A stretch of DNA of 63,127 nt, filler included, from Conidiobolus incongruus B7586 (Eukaryota), in the NCBI GenBank assembly GCA_000697335.1. It is 9 parts of 9 records of this genome, joined end to end, with 100 filler letters (N's around TTAATTAATTAA, not from the genome) between each part and the next. Parts side by side here need not be neighbours in the genome. Positions count along the whole stretch, not along the records: positions 24,867 to 34,552 come from JNEM01006013.1; positions 34,653 to 52,720 come from JNEM01006017.1; 7 more parts are not named here. One strand, given 5' to 3'. Below are positions 25,591 to 38,766 of this stretch, piece by piece. The notes beneath the pieces are model-generated. The model made no database searches, was not told the DNA's origin, and worked only from the letters and a program-made list of their open reading frames with translations. Positions within the stretch are counted from its first letter, which is position 1; the number at the start of each line of letters is the position of its first letter. The position numbers and the translations under genes were made by a program.

Positions 25591-26058
25591 GAAGTAACCA
25601 TAAATCAAAAAGTAAAAATAGATGAAGAAAGTGGTCATGGAGGCCATTCCAGATCAGATGACGATGAAGATGAAGTTAGCGTAACCCAAAGCGTTAAAAT
25701 AGATGAAGAGGATAACAATCATCATGATGCCAAAGAAGATACTGTTATAAGTCAAAAAGTCAAAGTGGATGAAGAGGACCACAAACGGGGAAAACCAGAT
25801 CTGGTCGAAAGCCATAGTAAGCGACTTAATGAGGAGTTGAAAAAGATTGATGAAGAGCTAAAAGCTATGAGGCATTCCGGTTTGAAGACTAGGAAGAAAC
25901 CTAATAAGCATCGCGATTGCAACAAGTCACACCCTAAACATAAAAATAAGGAAGATATCGAAGTGAGTCAGAAAGTGAGTGCTGATGAGAATAATCATCA
26001 TGGAAATGCTTCTGATGAAGATGATACTTCCGTTAGCCAAAGTGTCAAAATTGAATAA
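24868..26058 (+). CDS. His/Asp/Gly-rich tandem-repeat protein, 5' truncated
   Basis: Frame is open from the contig start. Alternating units VSVSQTVKVDEEDGHGGHHGTNNDE and VTVSQTVKVDDEDNNHRGRGGSNDDE, with degenerate units near the C-terminus. Confidence 0.85.
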   Translation, partial: NNHRGRGGSNDDEVSVSQTVKVDEEDGHGGHHGTNNDEVSVSQTVKVDDEDNNHRGRGGSNDDEVSVSQTVKVDEEDGHGGHHGTNNDEVTVSQTVKVDDEDNNHRGRGGSNDDEVSVSQTVKVDEEDGHGGHHGTNNDEVTVSQTVKVDDEDNNHRGRGGSNDDEVSVSQTVKVDEEDGHGGHHGTNNDEVTVSQTVKVDDEDNNHRGRGGSNDDEVSVSQTVKVDEEDGHGGHHGADDDEVTINQKVKIDEESGHGGHSRSDDDEDEVSVTQSVKIDEEDNNHHDAKEDTVISQKVKVDEEDHKRGKPDLVESHSKRLNEELKKIDEELKAMRHSGLKTRKKPNKHRDCNKSHPKHKNKEDIEVSQKVSADENNHHGNASDEDDTSVSQSVKIE

Positions 26059-26771
26059 TTTTCATAGTCAAATCTCTTATAAGTAATTCCTTTTATGTTC
26101 GTTGGTCGACGTCTATCACATCTATAATTTTTCATTTTATATAATTTAATATATTATAATAACATTAAATATATATTAATTAAAATATTGCTTAAAAACT
26201 TTCTTTGTAATAATACATATATTTTATTAATTTTTCAATTTTCATATTATTTATTGATATTGAAATCAATTTCAAGACTTGAAAACTAATAAAACATTAA
26301 TTATTTTCTAATATTTTCACTTATAAAAATTTTGAATTCAATACACTATTCTGCTAAAAATTATTCAAATTCTCAAAATAATTTTTTATAAAATAGGATA
26401 TAATAATAATAGTTTTGAAAATGTATAATATCACTATTGTAATATTCAATCGAAAATTTGACTAAGATTTGCAAAAATTATTTCTTATGCTGAAATCTTT
26501 GTCATTAAAGTAGTCAAGTAATTGATATATATATATATATTGAAATTAGTTAGCGAATATAGAATCTTAATATAAAATGATAAATAATCTTTCGAAACAA
26601 TTATAAAAAAATAATTATAAATTTATATATAAATTCAAAATCATTTTAATATAACTTTAACATTTGTAAAAATTCTAAATTCATATAATAGTTAAAAAAT
26701 TGTACAATATATCAGCTATTATATATATACATATATATAACACCAAAAAATCTTGATAAACTCACCAAAAA

Positions 26772-27164
26772 CTAAGAATTGATAGAGTATTTGTAACCAC
26801 ACTTAACACAGGAATAGAACACAGTTTGACCTTCATCAGCGGATCTCAATTGCATGGTATGGAAACTCATTTCGGGTGCACCACATTTGGGACACTTTTC
26901 GTCAATTGTGGCGGAAGCTTCTTGGGAAGCGACGTTGGTTTGGACGAGTTCACGCTTGGATTTTAAAGCTGATACGAATGTGTTGGGTCTTGATTTTGTT
27001 ACGACGGTGTATCCAGAAGGTGGAGCAAAGGTGCTCTGGCAGCAATTGCAGGATATGGACATTTGGGAAGTGATCTGATCTAGAAGGTTACCGCAAGTAG
27101 GGCAGAATAATAATGAACCGACTTTGTATGCGTGTTGTTGGGGATTTGAATCTGTATATAACAT
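26772..27164 (-). CDS. RPA12: RNA polymerase I subunit A12
   Basis: GSLLFCPTCGNLL zinc ribbon and the TFIIS-like C-terminus CPKCG...QLRSADEGQTVFYSCVKCGY. Confidence 0.96.
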   Translation of the reverse strand: MLYTDSNPQQHAYKVGSLLFCPTCGNLLDQITSQMSISCNCCQSTFAPPSGYTVVTKSRPNTFVSALKSKRELVQTNVASQEASATIDEKCPKCGAPEMSFHTMQLRSADEGQTVFYSCVKCGYKYSINS

Positions 27165-27358
27165 TTTATCTATCTAATTAATTATTTTTCTATTTGGATA
27201 TAATTTGTAATTTTTATAATTGCCAAAAATTACATCGATTTAAATTAAACGATGAAATAGAAAAATTATGGGAATAATAATACATTTAGTTTCATTTAAT
27301 ATTTTTAATTAAAAAAATATTATTTCGTCATTATTCTCAAAATAACAATCAATACAAA

Positions 27359-29135
27359 ATGTGTAAGAAACTAAAAATAAATAGAATATATAAGATATCT
27401 AAAGTTAACTAATTAATGAAATAGTCGGTGCTGGCAGTAATACATTCAATAATCCCAATAATTTAGAAACTGCCAAAGTTGAAAACTTTCAAGAGAATGA
27501 AATACTTGGAAGGTCGCCAATTAATAAATGTGGTAATATCACGTATTTATCGTAAGAAGAGTAATTTTAATTTGAAGAACATTTAATTTATTTTAAAATT
27601 TAGTAAAGAAAATATAGAAAGGGATATGTCCAATACCCCGAGATGGAAACTTTCTGTTTATGGTCCAGTTTACGATCAAGATAATGTTATTTCGGATGTT
27701 GAATACTCTCCAGAAGAAGTGAGATTTGGTTTTTATGAAGAAATGCAAAACTCGGGCCAAACTACCAATTCTGTAAATGATATTAATTTATTCAAATTTG
27801 AAACTTGATTAATTAGTTATTATAGATGAAAATGGTACAAGATTTACAGCAAAATGCTATTAGACAGCTAGAAGCAGTTCGTCAAGATCCTAATAAAGTT
27901 ATCCTTCAGTATAGACAGGCTACTGGGTATCAGGGACCTATTTTACCAATGGAAGCACCTCCACAATGTATCAGTACAGATAAGACTTTTGGCCAAGCAC
28001 TTCAGCAAGCTTTACAGAGAAGGATGCAGAATCAAAATAGTTTTGGCGGTGGTAATTTTATCACTTTTAATATCAATATTTATACTGACATTTTATAGGG
28101 TTTGGATCAAATATTTTCAAGAAGAGCACCGATGTTACAGGAAGTCAGGAATCTGCAGCCTTTTGGGGAAATACTTTCTCTAGCGGTAATTCTGCTTTTG
28201 GAGGTGGTAATAATAATACGCAATCTAGTACTTTTGGTAGTGGCACCAGTGCTTTTGGTAGTGGCTCAGGCGCTTTTGGTAGTGGAACTGGTGCTTTTGG
28301 TAGTGGTTCCAGTGCTTTTGGCGGTGGCAATTCTGGAGGTTGGTCAGCATTCAGTCAGCCTCAGTCTACGGGAACTCAAAGTGCTTTTGGTGGATCATCT
28401 ACATCAGCTTTTGGATCCAGTACTGCACTTGCTAATGGGGGTGGATTTGCACAATTCGCTAACTCCAATGCTGGATTCGGCTCTGTCGCAGCCTCTGGAG
28501 GGACAAACCAATCTATTTTCGACCAAAGTTCAACTTCTAATGCTAATACTCAATCTTCACCATTTACTACATCTGCCTTCATGAGTTCTGCGAAACCTTC
28601 CTTATTGTCTGGAAATAACACTACTACTTCAGCATTTGGCGCTGGATCTCAGTCCACAGGTTTTGGTGGATCCGCATTTGGAGCAGGCAGCAATACTTCG
28701 AACATATTTGGACAAAACAACCAGGCTACATCTGCATTTGGCGGAGGTCAGCAATCCAGTACTGTATGGGGTGGAAATGCTCCAAGCGTATCGACAGGAT
28801 TCGGCAACGATACAATGGATGTCGACTCACCCACCGCTGCATTCTCAATCAGTGCTCCCAGCACTGGCACAAACGTCACTGCAGGCTCCTCAACCATCAA
28901 TCTCAAGTTCTCACAATGTAAAACTCCCGTGGTTAAACTTTCTAACAACGAAACTGAACACAAAATGAGCAAGGGTTTTGAATTCGAAACCGACGCCACC
29001 AAAGAACAAAAAGAATCTTTTGCTAAAGAATTAGGGTTAACCATTGAGCAATTTGAAGCTTTCTGTCTAGATAGTTTTGAAATTGGTAAGATTCCATTGG
29101 TACCACCTCCCCCTTTGTTGATTAGGCAAATTTAA
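27359..29135 (+). CDS. FG nucleoporin Nup42/Amo1/NUPL2-like, multi-exon
   Basis: WKLSVYGP...EYSPEEVRF conserved block, SAFG/FG repeats in the last exon, and the C-terminal Gle1-binding-type motif AF...FEIGKIPLVPPP. The start codon is inferred. Confidence 0.82.
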
Positions 29136-30832
29136 TTGTATTAGATCGTTGGAATATATATTCATTCTTAATTAACATTTGTTCATTTGTAATCTTTGTA
29201 ATAAAATATTTATAAAACATTTGATCAACTATTAACCATATAATAATTGGAATTTATATAATAATCTATTTTGGTTGTATTAAATTTCCATCTATATACG
29301 AAGCACTGATTAATTCAATTTTATATTTACCAATATATAACAACTTAACAACTTAGATTTATATATTCTAATAACCCTTTTAAAGTGATATTATCAAATT
29401 TCAATATCTTACTTTGATCTCTATTTTTGCTGATATTTATTATATACTATATATTAACCATAAATACTGATTGCTTTTGTATTATTTAATTAGTTGATGA
29501 TACATCACAAATGAATTATAAATCGAATTCCACTATAACTTGGAATTTAATAATTTTGTGATATTTCATATCTGAACCAAAATAAAAATCATTGCTTAAA
29601 AGTGTTAATAACTGAAAAATTTAAAAAATTATCAATTAAACCATTTTAAAAACCTAAATAAACATAAACTATTGATCAAATTTTATATTTGAAGGTTTGT
29701 ATATATGCAATAAATAAATTGAAATTCATTTTTTGTTATTAATATTGCAATATGTATATTTTAAGGTTATTAAGATTTTTGGAAAATAATTTGTATATGA
29801 CCCAGTCTCTTGATATAATTCAATTGTCATCTCAATCTTTTTACTAATTTTAAGGTTCCATAAGTTTTGAGTAAATTTAATGTATTATTAGATTTGTTGT
29901 ATTTTTATATTAAGTTTTATAAATATAGGTTGTAGTTAGAAAAGTACTCAAAATATGATTTAGTAAATTATTTATTAATCCTGCTCTTTAACGTATTGGG
30001 ACTGTAGGTTTGAAAACTTACTGTTGAGGTGTCGTAGCAGAATATCCAAAAGAAAAACTTACCCTTCTATCTTTATCACTTTTGGGTTTAAATAGTTGCT
30101 TAAATGAATGCTATGTGATTTGAATATAATCTAACAAAGAAAACAAAGTGAACAAAGAGTATCCTTCAATTATAGACTGACAAAGCCAGCTTAAATTAGA
30201 ATTAATATTGGTTGAACTATCACAATGGAATAAATGATTAAAATACAACAGATTAATAATTTATTATAGAAACTTGACATTTCTAAAATAATAATAATAA
30301 TAATAATAATAATCAATACTAAATTATAAAAATTAAATAATACAATATGCTGAATATTTTTAATATTCAAAAGTAATAATATATAAATGTTTGTTGGCTA
30401 TTATTCCTTTTCAATAATATTGAAAATCTTGTATCGATATAAAACTGTTTTATGCTTAAATCAAGTTTAAATCGATCTAAAAGTAAAGTTCAAATTTTTG
30501 CAATTTTTTCATAATAATATACATTTTATAAATTGGAATTGCAATCTTAGTTGTGTATCCCAAATTTCAGTACTTACTCAAAAAATACTATATACCATTA
30601 TCACTTAAAAAAAATCCATCCCAAATAAGTAACCATATATTTTTATTCCTATTTATTTTATGATTAAATCACGAAACTACAAAAATAATCCAAATTCTTA
30701 ACATTTCTTCTGGAACAATTTCCTGATATTGGATGGGAAAGTCGTGTGACATCATCTCCTAATCTGGTCATATAAATCCATCATGAATTTCTTCAATTAC
30801 TTACTACTTTTTAATATTAAGTATTAGTAATA

Positions 30833-32601
<1,769 letters not shown>

Positions 32602-33006
32602 ATTAATTTTTTATTGAATATCTATTTTGAAATAAAAATCAAATTGAATATAATTACCAAAAATTTTATAATATTAATAATATATATTGTGATTAATATA
32701 ATTGTACAAATACCCAGCTAATACTTTTACTCATTTGTTATTATCTTATTATTTTAAAATTTTTCCAAATATTTTAGGTCTGAATTTTAATCAAGATTGA
32801 TTTCTATTTGAAATTTATATTAAATTGAAATTATCAAACTAACCAATTCTAAAATTTATATTAGAATTAATGAAATATCATAAACAATGTATTTAATATA
32901 GTTTATTCAAACAAATTATTCATACCAAATAATTATCAATATTAGATTATTTTGAATATTTGGTAAATTTAGAAAAATAAATTTTTGAGACATGAAAAAG
33001 AATTGA

Positions 33007-33079
33007 TGGAGAATCGGGGTATCGATCCCCGTGCCTCTCGCATGCTAAGCGAGCGCTCTACCATTTGAGCTAATTCCCC
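33007..33079 (-). tRNA. tRNA-Ala(AGC)
   Basis: Reverse complement GGGGAATTAGCTCAAATGGTAGAGCGCTCGCTTAGCATGCGAGAGGCACGGGGATCGATACCCCGATTCTCCA folds as a cloverleaf with anticodon AGC and a G3:U70 pair. Confidence 0.96.
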
Positions 33080-33563
33080 TTAATATGGAGTATATTGATT
33101 GAATTAATTTTAATATTATTCTTATAATTTTTAATTTTTTGTTGAAATATTATTTCTTTTTTTGATACCTCTTTAATCTCTCATAACCCAAAATATATTG
33201 AGCAATATTATAATTTTTTATATACAATTGATTCTTAACTTTATATATTCATCAAATGCATAATAAATAAACTGACAATTGAAATATCGGAAACAAATAT
33301 TATACTCGATTTGCTTTAAATTTTTTTGTTATTCAGTAACAAAATTATAATAGATGTTAATAAATAGTCAGATTTATAATGCTTTTAACTGTATATTGTG
33401 CAGAAATTAATGATTGAACACAAGTTTTCTGTATTAATTCTAAATGCTGTTGTAAGTATATGAGATATTGATATACAATATATTATCATTAATAATGCAA
33501 AGTTTAATATCAAAATTAAGTTATACTAAAAATTGAACTGAATTTATTTCAAATTTAATATAA

Positions 33564-34552
33564 TTAAGCAGACAAAGCTTGTTCAAAAACTTCACCAGCG
33601 TTACCAGCGGCGACGGCAGCAGTAATCTTGGTCTTGAAGTTAGTGTAGTCAGCGGAAGAGTCGAACTTTTCGAACAATTGATCCAACTTGGAGAGCTGGG
33701 CTTCAAGTTGATCGGGTTGGACATCACCGGAGAGGAAGTAGTTGGCTTCGACCATGATTTCCTTAATGGCCTTCTTTTCCTTACGAATGAGTTTCTTTTC
33801 CTTTTCCTTGTCCTTCTTGGCGGCGGCAGCTTGTTCCTTGGCTTCCTTTTCGGCCTTTTCACGGGCAATACGTTCTTCTTCTTCCTTGCGAGCCTTTTCT
33901 TCAGCAGCAGCCTTTTCTTCAGCTTCCTTGGCCAAACGCTTAGCGTTACGTCTGGCACGTTCTTCTTGCTTGAAGCGTTGGATACGGTGATCGCGTTCCA
34001 TGGCGGTTTCAACCAACTTGCGGAGACGGGCATTGTCTTCCTTCTTTCTACGGGCTCTTTCGGCCTTGTTCTTACGATCCAAGTAACGCTTGTCATCTCT
34101 GTTGTCAACACCTTCAGTGTCCTTTTCGTCGAGATATTCGAAAGTTCTCCATGAGTCCAAGTTGAAGAAGAAATCGTAGAAGTGCTCAACTTCTTCACGA
34201 GTGCTGTTGTCGTCACCTAAGGAAGGGACGGGTTGAATCTTGGAGAAACGGCCTTCTCTTTCGAAGACGGGGGCCCAGAGTTCGAAGAAGGTACCTTCAG
34301 CCTTGGCACTGGGAATAGTATCAGGGATTTCGGGATCGACAGAATCGAATTGGCGACGTTTTTCGGGGTTGGTCAAGATTTCATAGGCCTTTTGGACACA
34401 CTTGAAGAAGGAGTCATCATTGGCATTACCGCTGGAAGCCTTCTTATCAGGATGATGCTTCAAAACCTTCTTACGGAAAGCACGGTGGATCTGATCTTCA
34501 GTAGCCTTGTAACGGTACTTGGACAAACCCATGACAGCATAGTGATCTTGAT
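33564..34552 (-). CDS. ZUO1: Zuotin (ribosome-associated J-protein), 5' truncated by linker
   Basis: QDHYAVMGLSKYRYKAT, KHHPDKK J-domain, FESWRTFEYLDE-like ZHD motif (here LDSWRTFEYLDE) and charged RAC-head helix. Confidence 0.96.
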
Positions 34553-34652
34553 NNNNNNNNNNNNNNNNNNNNNNNNNNNNNNNNNNNNNNNNNNNNTTAA
34601 TTAATTAANNNNNNNNNNNNNNNNNNNNNNNNNNNNNNNNNNNNNNNNNNNN
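34553..34652. other. Artificial contig linker
   Basis: 44N-TTAATTAATTAA-44N. Confidence 0.99.
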
Positions 34653-36078
34653 GTAGCAATATCACGCACTTGAGCAGTCAAATTGGAAGCCATTAAATTG
34701 ACATTATTGGTCAAATCTTTCCAAGTACCACCTACATCCTTAACAATGGCCTGACCTCCCAATTTTCCTTCTGTTCCTACTTCAAGAGATACACGAGTTA
34801 CTTCAGTAGCAAAAGTTTGTAATTGGTCAACCATAGTGTTAATGGTGTCTTTAAGGTCACGAATTTCACCTTTGACATCAACCGTTACTTTTTTAGACAA
34901 ATCACCACGAGCCACAGCTTTACTAACATCAGCAATATCACGTACTTGAGCAGTAAGATTAGAAGCCATTGTATTTACATTATCTGTTAATAATTTCCAG
35001 GTACCGCCGACACCTTCGACCTGAGCCTGTACACCTAACTTTCCTTCTGTACCGACTTCGTGAGCGACACGCGTAACTTCAGAAGCAAAAGAATTCAATT
35101 GGTCTACCATCGTGTTAAGAGTATTTTTCAAAATTAAGGTTTCTCCTTTGGCATTAATAGTGATCTTCTTACTCAAATCACCATTAGCGACAGCTGTACT
35201 GATCTCAGCAATGGCTCTGACTTGCTCTGAATGATTTGAGGACATTAGATTGACATTGTAAACCATTTGATACCAAGCTCCATGCATATCTTTCATATTG
35301 GCTAGAATACCTAATTTCCCTTCAGCACCAGTTTGACGCACAACATGATTGACTTCTGAGGTGAAACGTTCTAATTTACAGGCCATGGTATTCACAGCGG
35401 TTTTAAAATTCAGCAATGGTCCTTCTGAAACATCGCAATGTACTCTGCGTGAGAGATCCCCCTGCTCAATAGCCTTAACAACTTGGGTACACTCATCCAA
35501 GACATCAACCCATTGTTGACTAATTGGAGGCTCTTGAATTTTCTTTATTGTCGTTTTGCTATTAGAATCGGAATTTGAATTGGATGAAGAATCCGGTATC
35601 TTGATGGTACAAGAATTTTTGGTAATTTCCTTATTAGGATCATTGCAAGTATTATTGGAAAATAAAGTATGATTATTATTCTTCTATTTGATGATAAAAA
35701 GTATATTATTAGTCATGTTATTAGTCATATTATATACAATTTTTATATTGTAAATGAAAATTGGTTAGATATTTAATAAAATGATAAATATACTATCTGG
35801 TGAAATTAATAATATATGTATCAAAATGACAAGCATTTAAAGACGACTGTGAGCAATTTATTACGGATATTTAAATAACTTACCTTGTAATTTTCTAATT
35901 CTTCTTGAAGTTGTGTTTGTCTGGTCCAAATTTGATTTATTAGTCTATCAATGTGTTTGGTTTGTAGAGTGTGCTGGCCTTCAAAAACTGGGGGGAGTTG
36001 AATCGGTTTATGGAAATCGAGCTGAAAATTCACTATGAATTCCAATTGTCGCTCCACACAGTTCAAATAATCTATCAT
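34653..36078 (-). CDS. NIK1: Group III hybrid histidine kinase (NIK1/OS-1 type), N-terminal poly-HAMP part, 3' truncated
   Basis: Repeated ~92-aa HAMP units ([53 protein letters not shown]). The probable first exon starts at 36078 with an intron at about 35686-35883. Confidence 0.9.
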
Positions 36079-38766
36079 TTAAACTTGAATATATTTATTA
36101 TGAAATTAATATTAAATAATAAGAAACAAAAAGTGAGTATATTAGAATGAATATGAAGACGCTGCCTAAAAATAATCCAATCTGATATAAATGAAAGTAG
36201 GTTAGTTTCTTTTTAATAAAGGTAATAATTATTAAGAAACAGCTAGTCTATAAAACTCAATTAATAATCATCCATTAGTTTTCATTTGAGAATCACTGGA
36301 CGGATCGCAATAAACTATGGGATCTCAGCAGATTCGATTCTTTCATAGTGCATAAAAATTAATTAAATTTAATTATCCCAAGAAAATGGGGAATTGGATG
36401 ATTTCATATTGAATTTCAACTTCTCAAACTCCTTTGTCAATCACCTTCAAAATCTTGTCATTAAAATTATTTGAACCTTTCTATCCAATCAACTTCAGCC
36501 CTCCTCCCAATTTGGCAAATCTCCCAACTTGCTATGATGTAATCAATGTGACTCAATTTAAACATAAGTGATACAATAATTTAAAGCTCAATTCAAAATG
36601 CTCTATATTCCCTGACTGCAAAATTGCATTAGTTCCAATAAATTATAGCTTTATTCCGAAAATCAACTTGATTCTAGTGTATCTATCTGATATCCTAAGC
36701 ATTCCTTTACCTGTCTTGACACATATATAAATAAGTCAAAGCATCAGAGTTTAATAAGAAAACTCAACTGGTGGATCATATTAAGGAATAGTAAATCAAT
36801 TAAATGGATACAATTGAAGGATGATGCACTTGTGTACTTGAATATGTGAAAAACTTGATCGAGTGTAATAATCAATTTAATTTATTCTCTTATTAACTAT
36901 TACAGAATACTTTATCTTCTGAACAATAATAAAATCTTTGTTTAATTATTATAACTATAATTATTATTTTCAGTTTATCCAATCTCTAATAACACTATAA
37001 TTACTCTATTTCGATGCAAAAATTAAATTCAATATAAACAAATTCAGGTATCACTGTTTATAAAAATAATGTTCAACTATCAATTTATAGTCCGATAGCT
37101 TAGTTACTATCAAATAATGCCACCATTCCAACCATTATCCATCTTGTTCTAATAGAATATAATTGTATTCTCTCACAATCAGGACTATATTACCCAAATT
37201 ATCCAAATATCGACCATTAATCTTATCTTAATAACCAATATCAATTTATTATGCACATTTCCAATAAACCCTCAAAATTGTTAGAACCTGACTCAATTTG
37301 GTATATTCTAATACTAGGAAATATCTCAATTTTTTATCCATTTTTCTTTCCGGAACTCAAAGCTTGATGAAGGAAAAAGATTTGGGACTTGAGGATATTG
37401 TAATTCTTATATTTAGATACAATAGCTTTTTTAATGATTTAGATTATAATGATTAATATTATCAATTTTATACTTCAATCATAATATTTATTTTTAATAC
37501 CATAAATTTAAAAATTTCGAATATTCCGTTAATTATCATGATAAAAGATGACAAATATTTTCAAGTTATTAGTCGAAATTTATCAAGTATATTTTATTAA
37601 CCCAATAACTGATCAGATATTAGATAGGAATGTGATTATGAAACTTAATTTAATATAATGGCTAGTAATGAGTATTTGTGCCAAGCATATGACCCTTAAT
37701 TTAGCTATGTTTAAAATAAAAAGTTTAAACCTTGTTGATATATGTGGTTATGTTAAGTTTTCTTTTTGAATTACAAGGGATTTTTTATTTGAATTATTTC
37801 TCTATGCTAAACTTAAAGATTATATAAATTAATCTATAGAGAGAACAAATTAGAAATTTTCATCCTATAAAAATGTAAAATAGGTATTGAATTTTTTGCA
37901 ATCTGGTGCTTTAAAGTTCTGAAATATAAATAATAATCATTTTATTGCTTGATTTGATAATTCTAAATCTCAATCAGTAAAAGTATTTGATGGATTTCCA
38001 AAATTCTAAATTGTTACGAAAATTTTAATTTTGCATTATTTTAACATCCAAAAAATATTAATTGTTAGAAATTTCATAATCACCTCAATTAACAAATAGT
38101 TTGGAAATTGATATTAACTTTCTCTAAAACAATTATTTTTACAAGTTTTTGTCACAAAGCTTTAAATACAATAATCACTAATAAAAAAATAGTCTAAACT
38201 GATTTTTAAATTAATATTAATTTTATTTCACTGTTACCATTTTATTAATGATTTAAAATTTTTGAAATTTCAAATTGTTTTCTAATTCTAAATATTGATT
38301 TATATAACAGAAAAAGTTCAAATTACTAAAAAGAATTATTAATAGCATTATATTTTTAAATATTTTGGCAAGCACTAATCAAATCAAACAGTTTAATTTT
38401 GCATTGTATATTTAGTTATTATTTTATTGAAATAAGTTTGAATTAATTCAATATAATAATTAAAATTCAATAGTTTATTAGATATGTGAAATATTTAAAC
38501 ATTATCAACATATAGTTTATATTATTTCTATTATATTATCTAAAAAATTTGTTCGACTCGATATTCAATTTTTCATTAATATAAATTCAGAAATTCTCTT
38601 CATTGTAATTCATTATAAAACTAATTTATATTAATCACAATACAAGAAAATAAATTGTGACAATGATTAATCCCATAGTTTCAAATTCTTCCAATTATTA
38701 TAAATTTCGTGATTGAAAATTTCAAATTAACTGAACAAATTAATTCAATAATTTAACAAAATTGAG

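Noticed and set aside
24811..25647. 278-aa hydrophobic repeat ORF on the minus strand
   Set aside because: Antisense shadow of the His/Asp repeat gene; it ends in the artificial linker.
28102..28584. 160-aa Leu/Val-rich ORF that looks like a membrane protein
   Set aside because: Alternative frame of the SAFG repeats of the nucleoporin exon.
29980..30190. Slightly GC-richer patch with splice-like signals between the nucleoporin and ADH-III
   Set aside because: No coherent ORF or recognisable motif could be assembled.
33521..34604. Several overlapping ORFs on both strands over zuotin
   Set aside because: By-product of strong codon bias in a highly expressed gene; the same happens over MAS1 and ADH-III.
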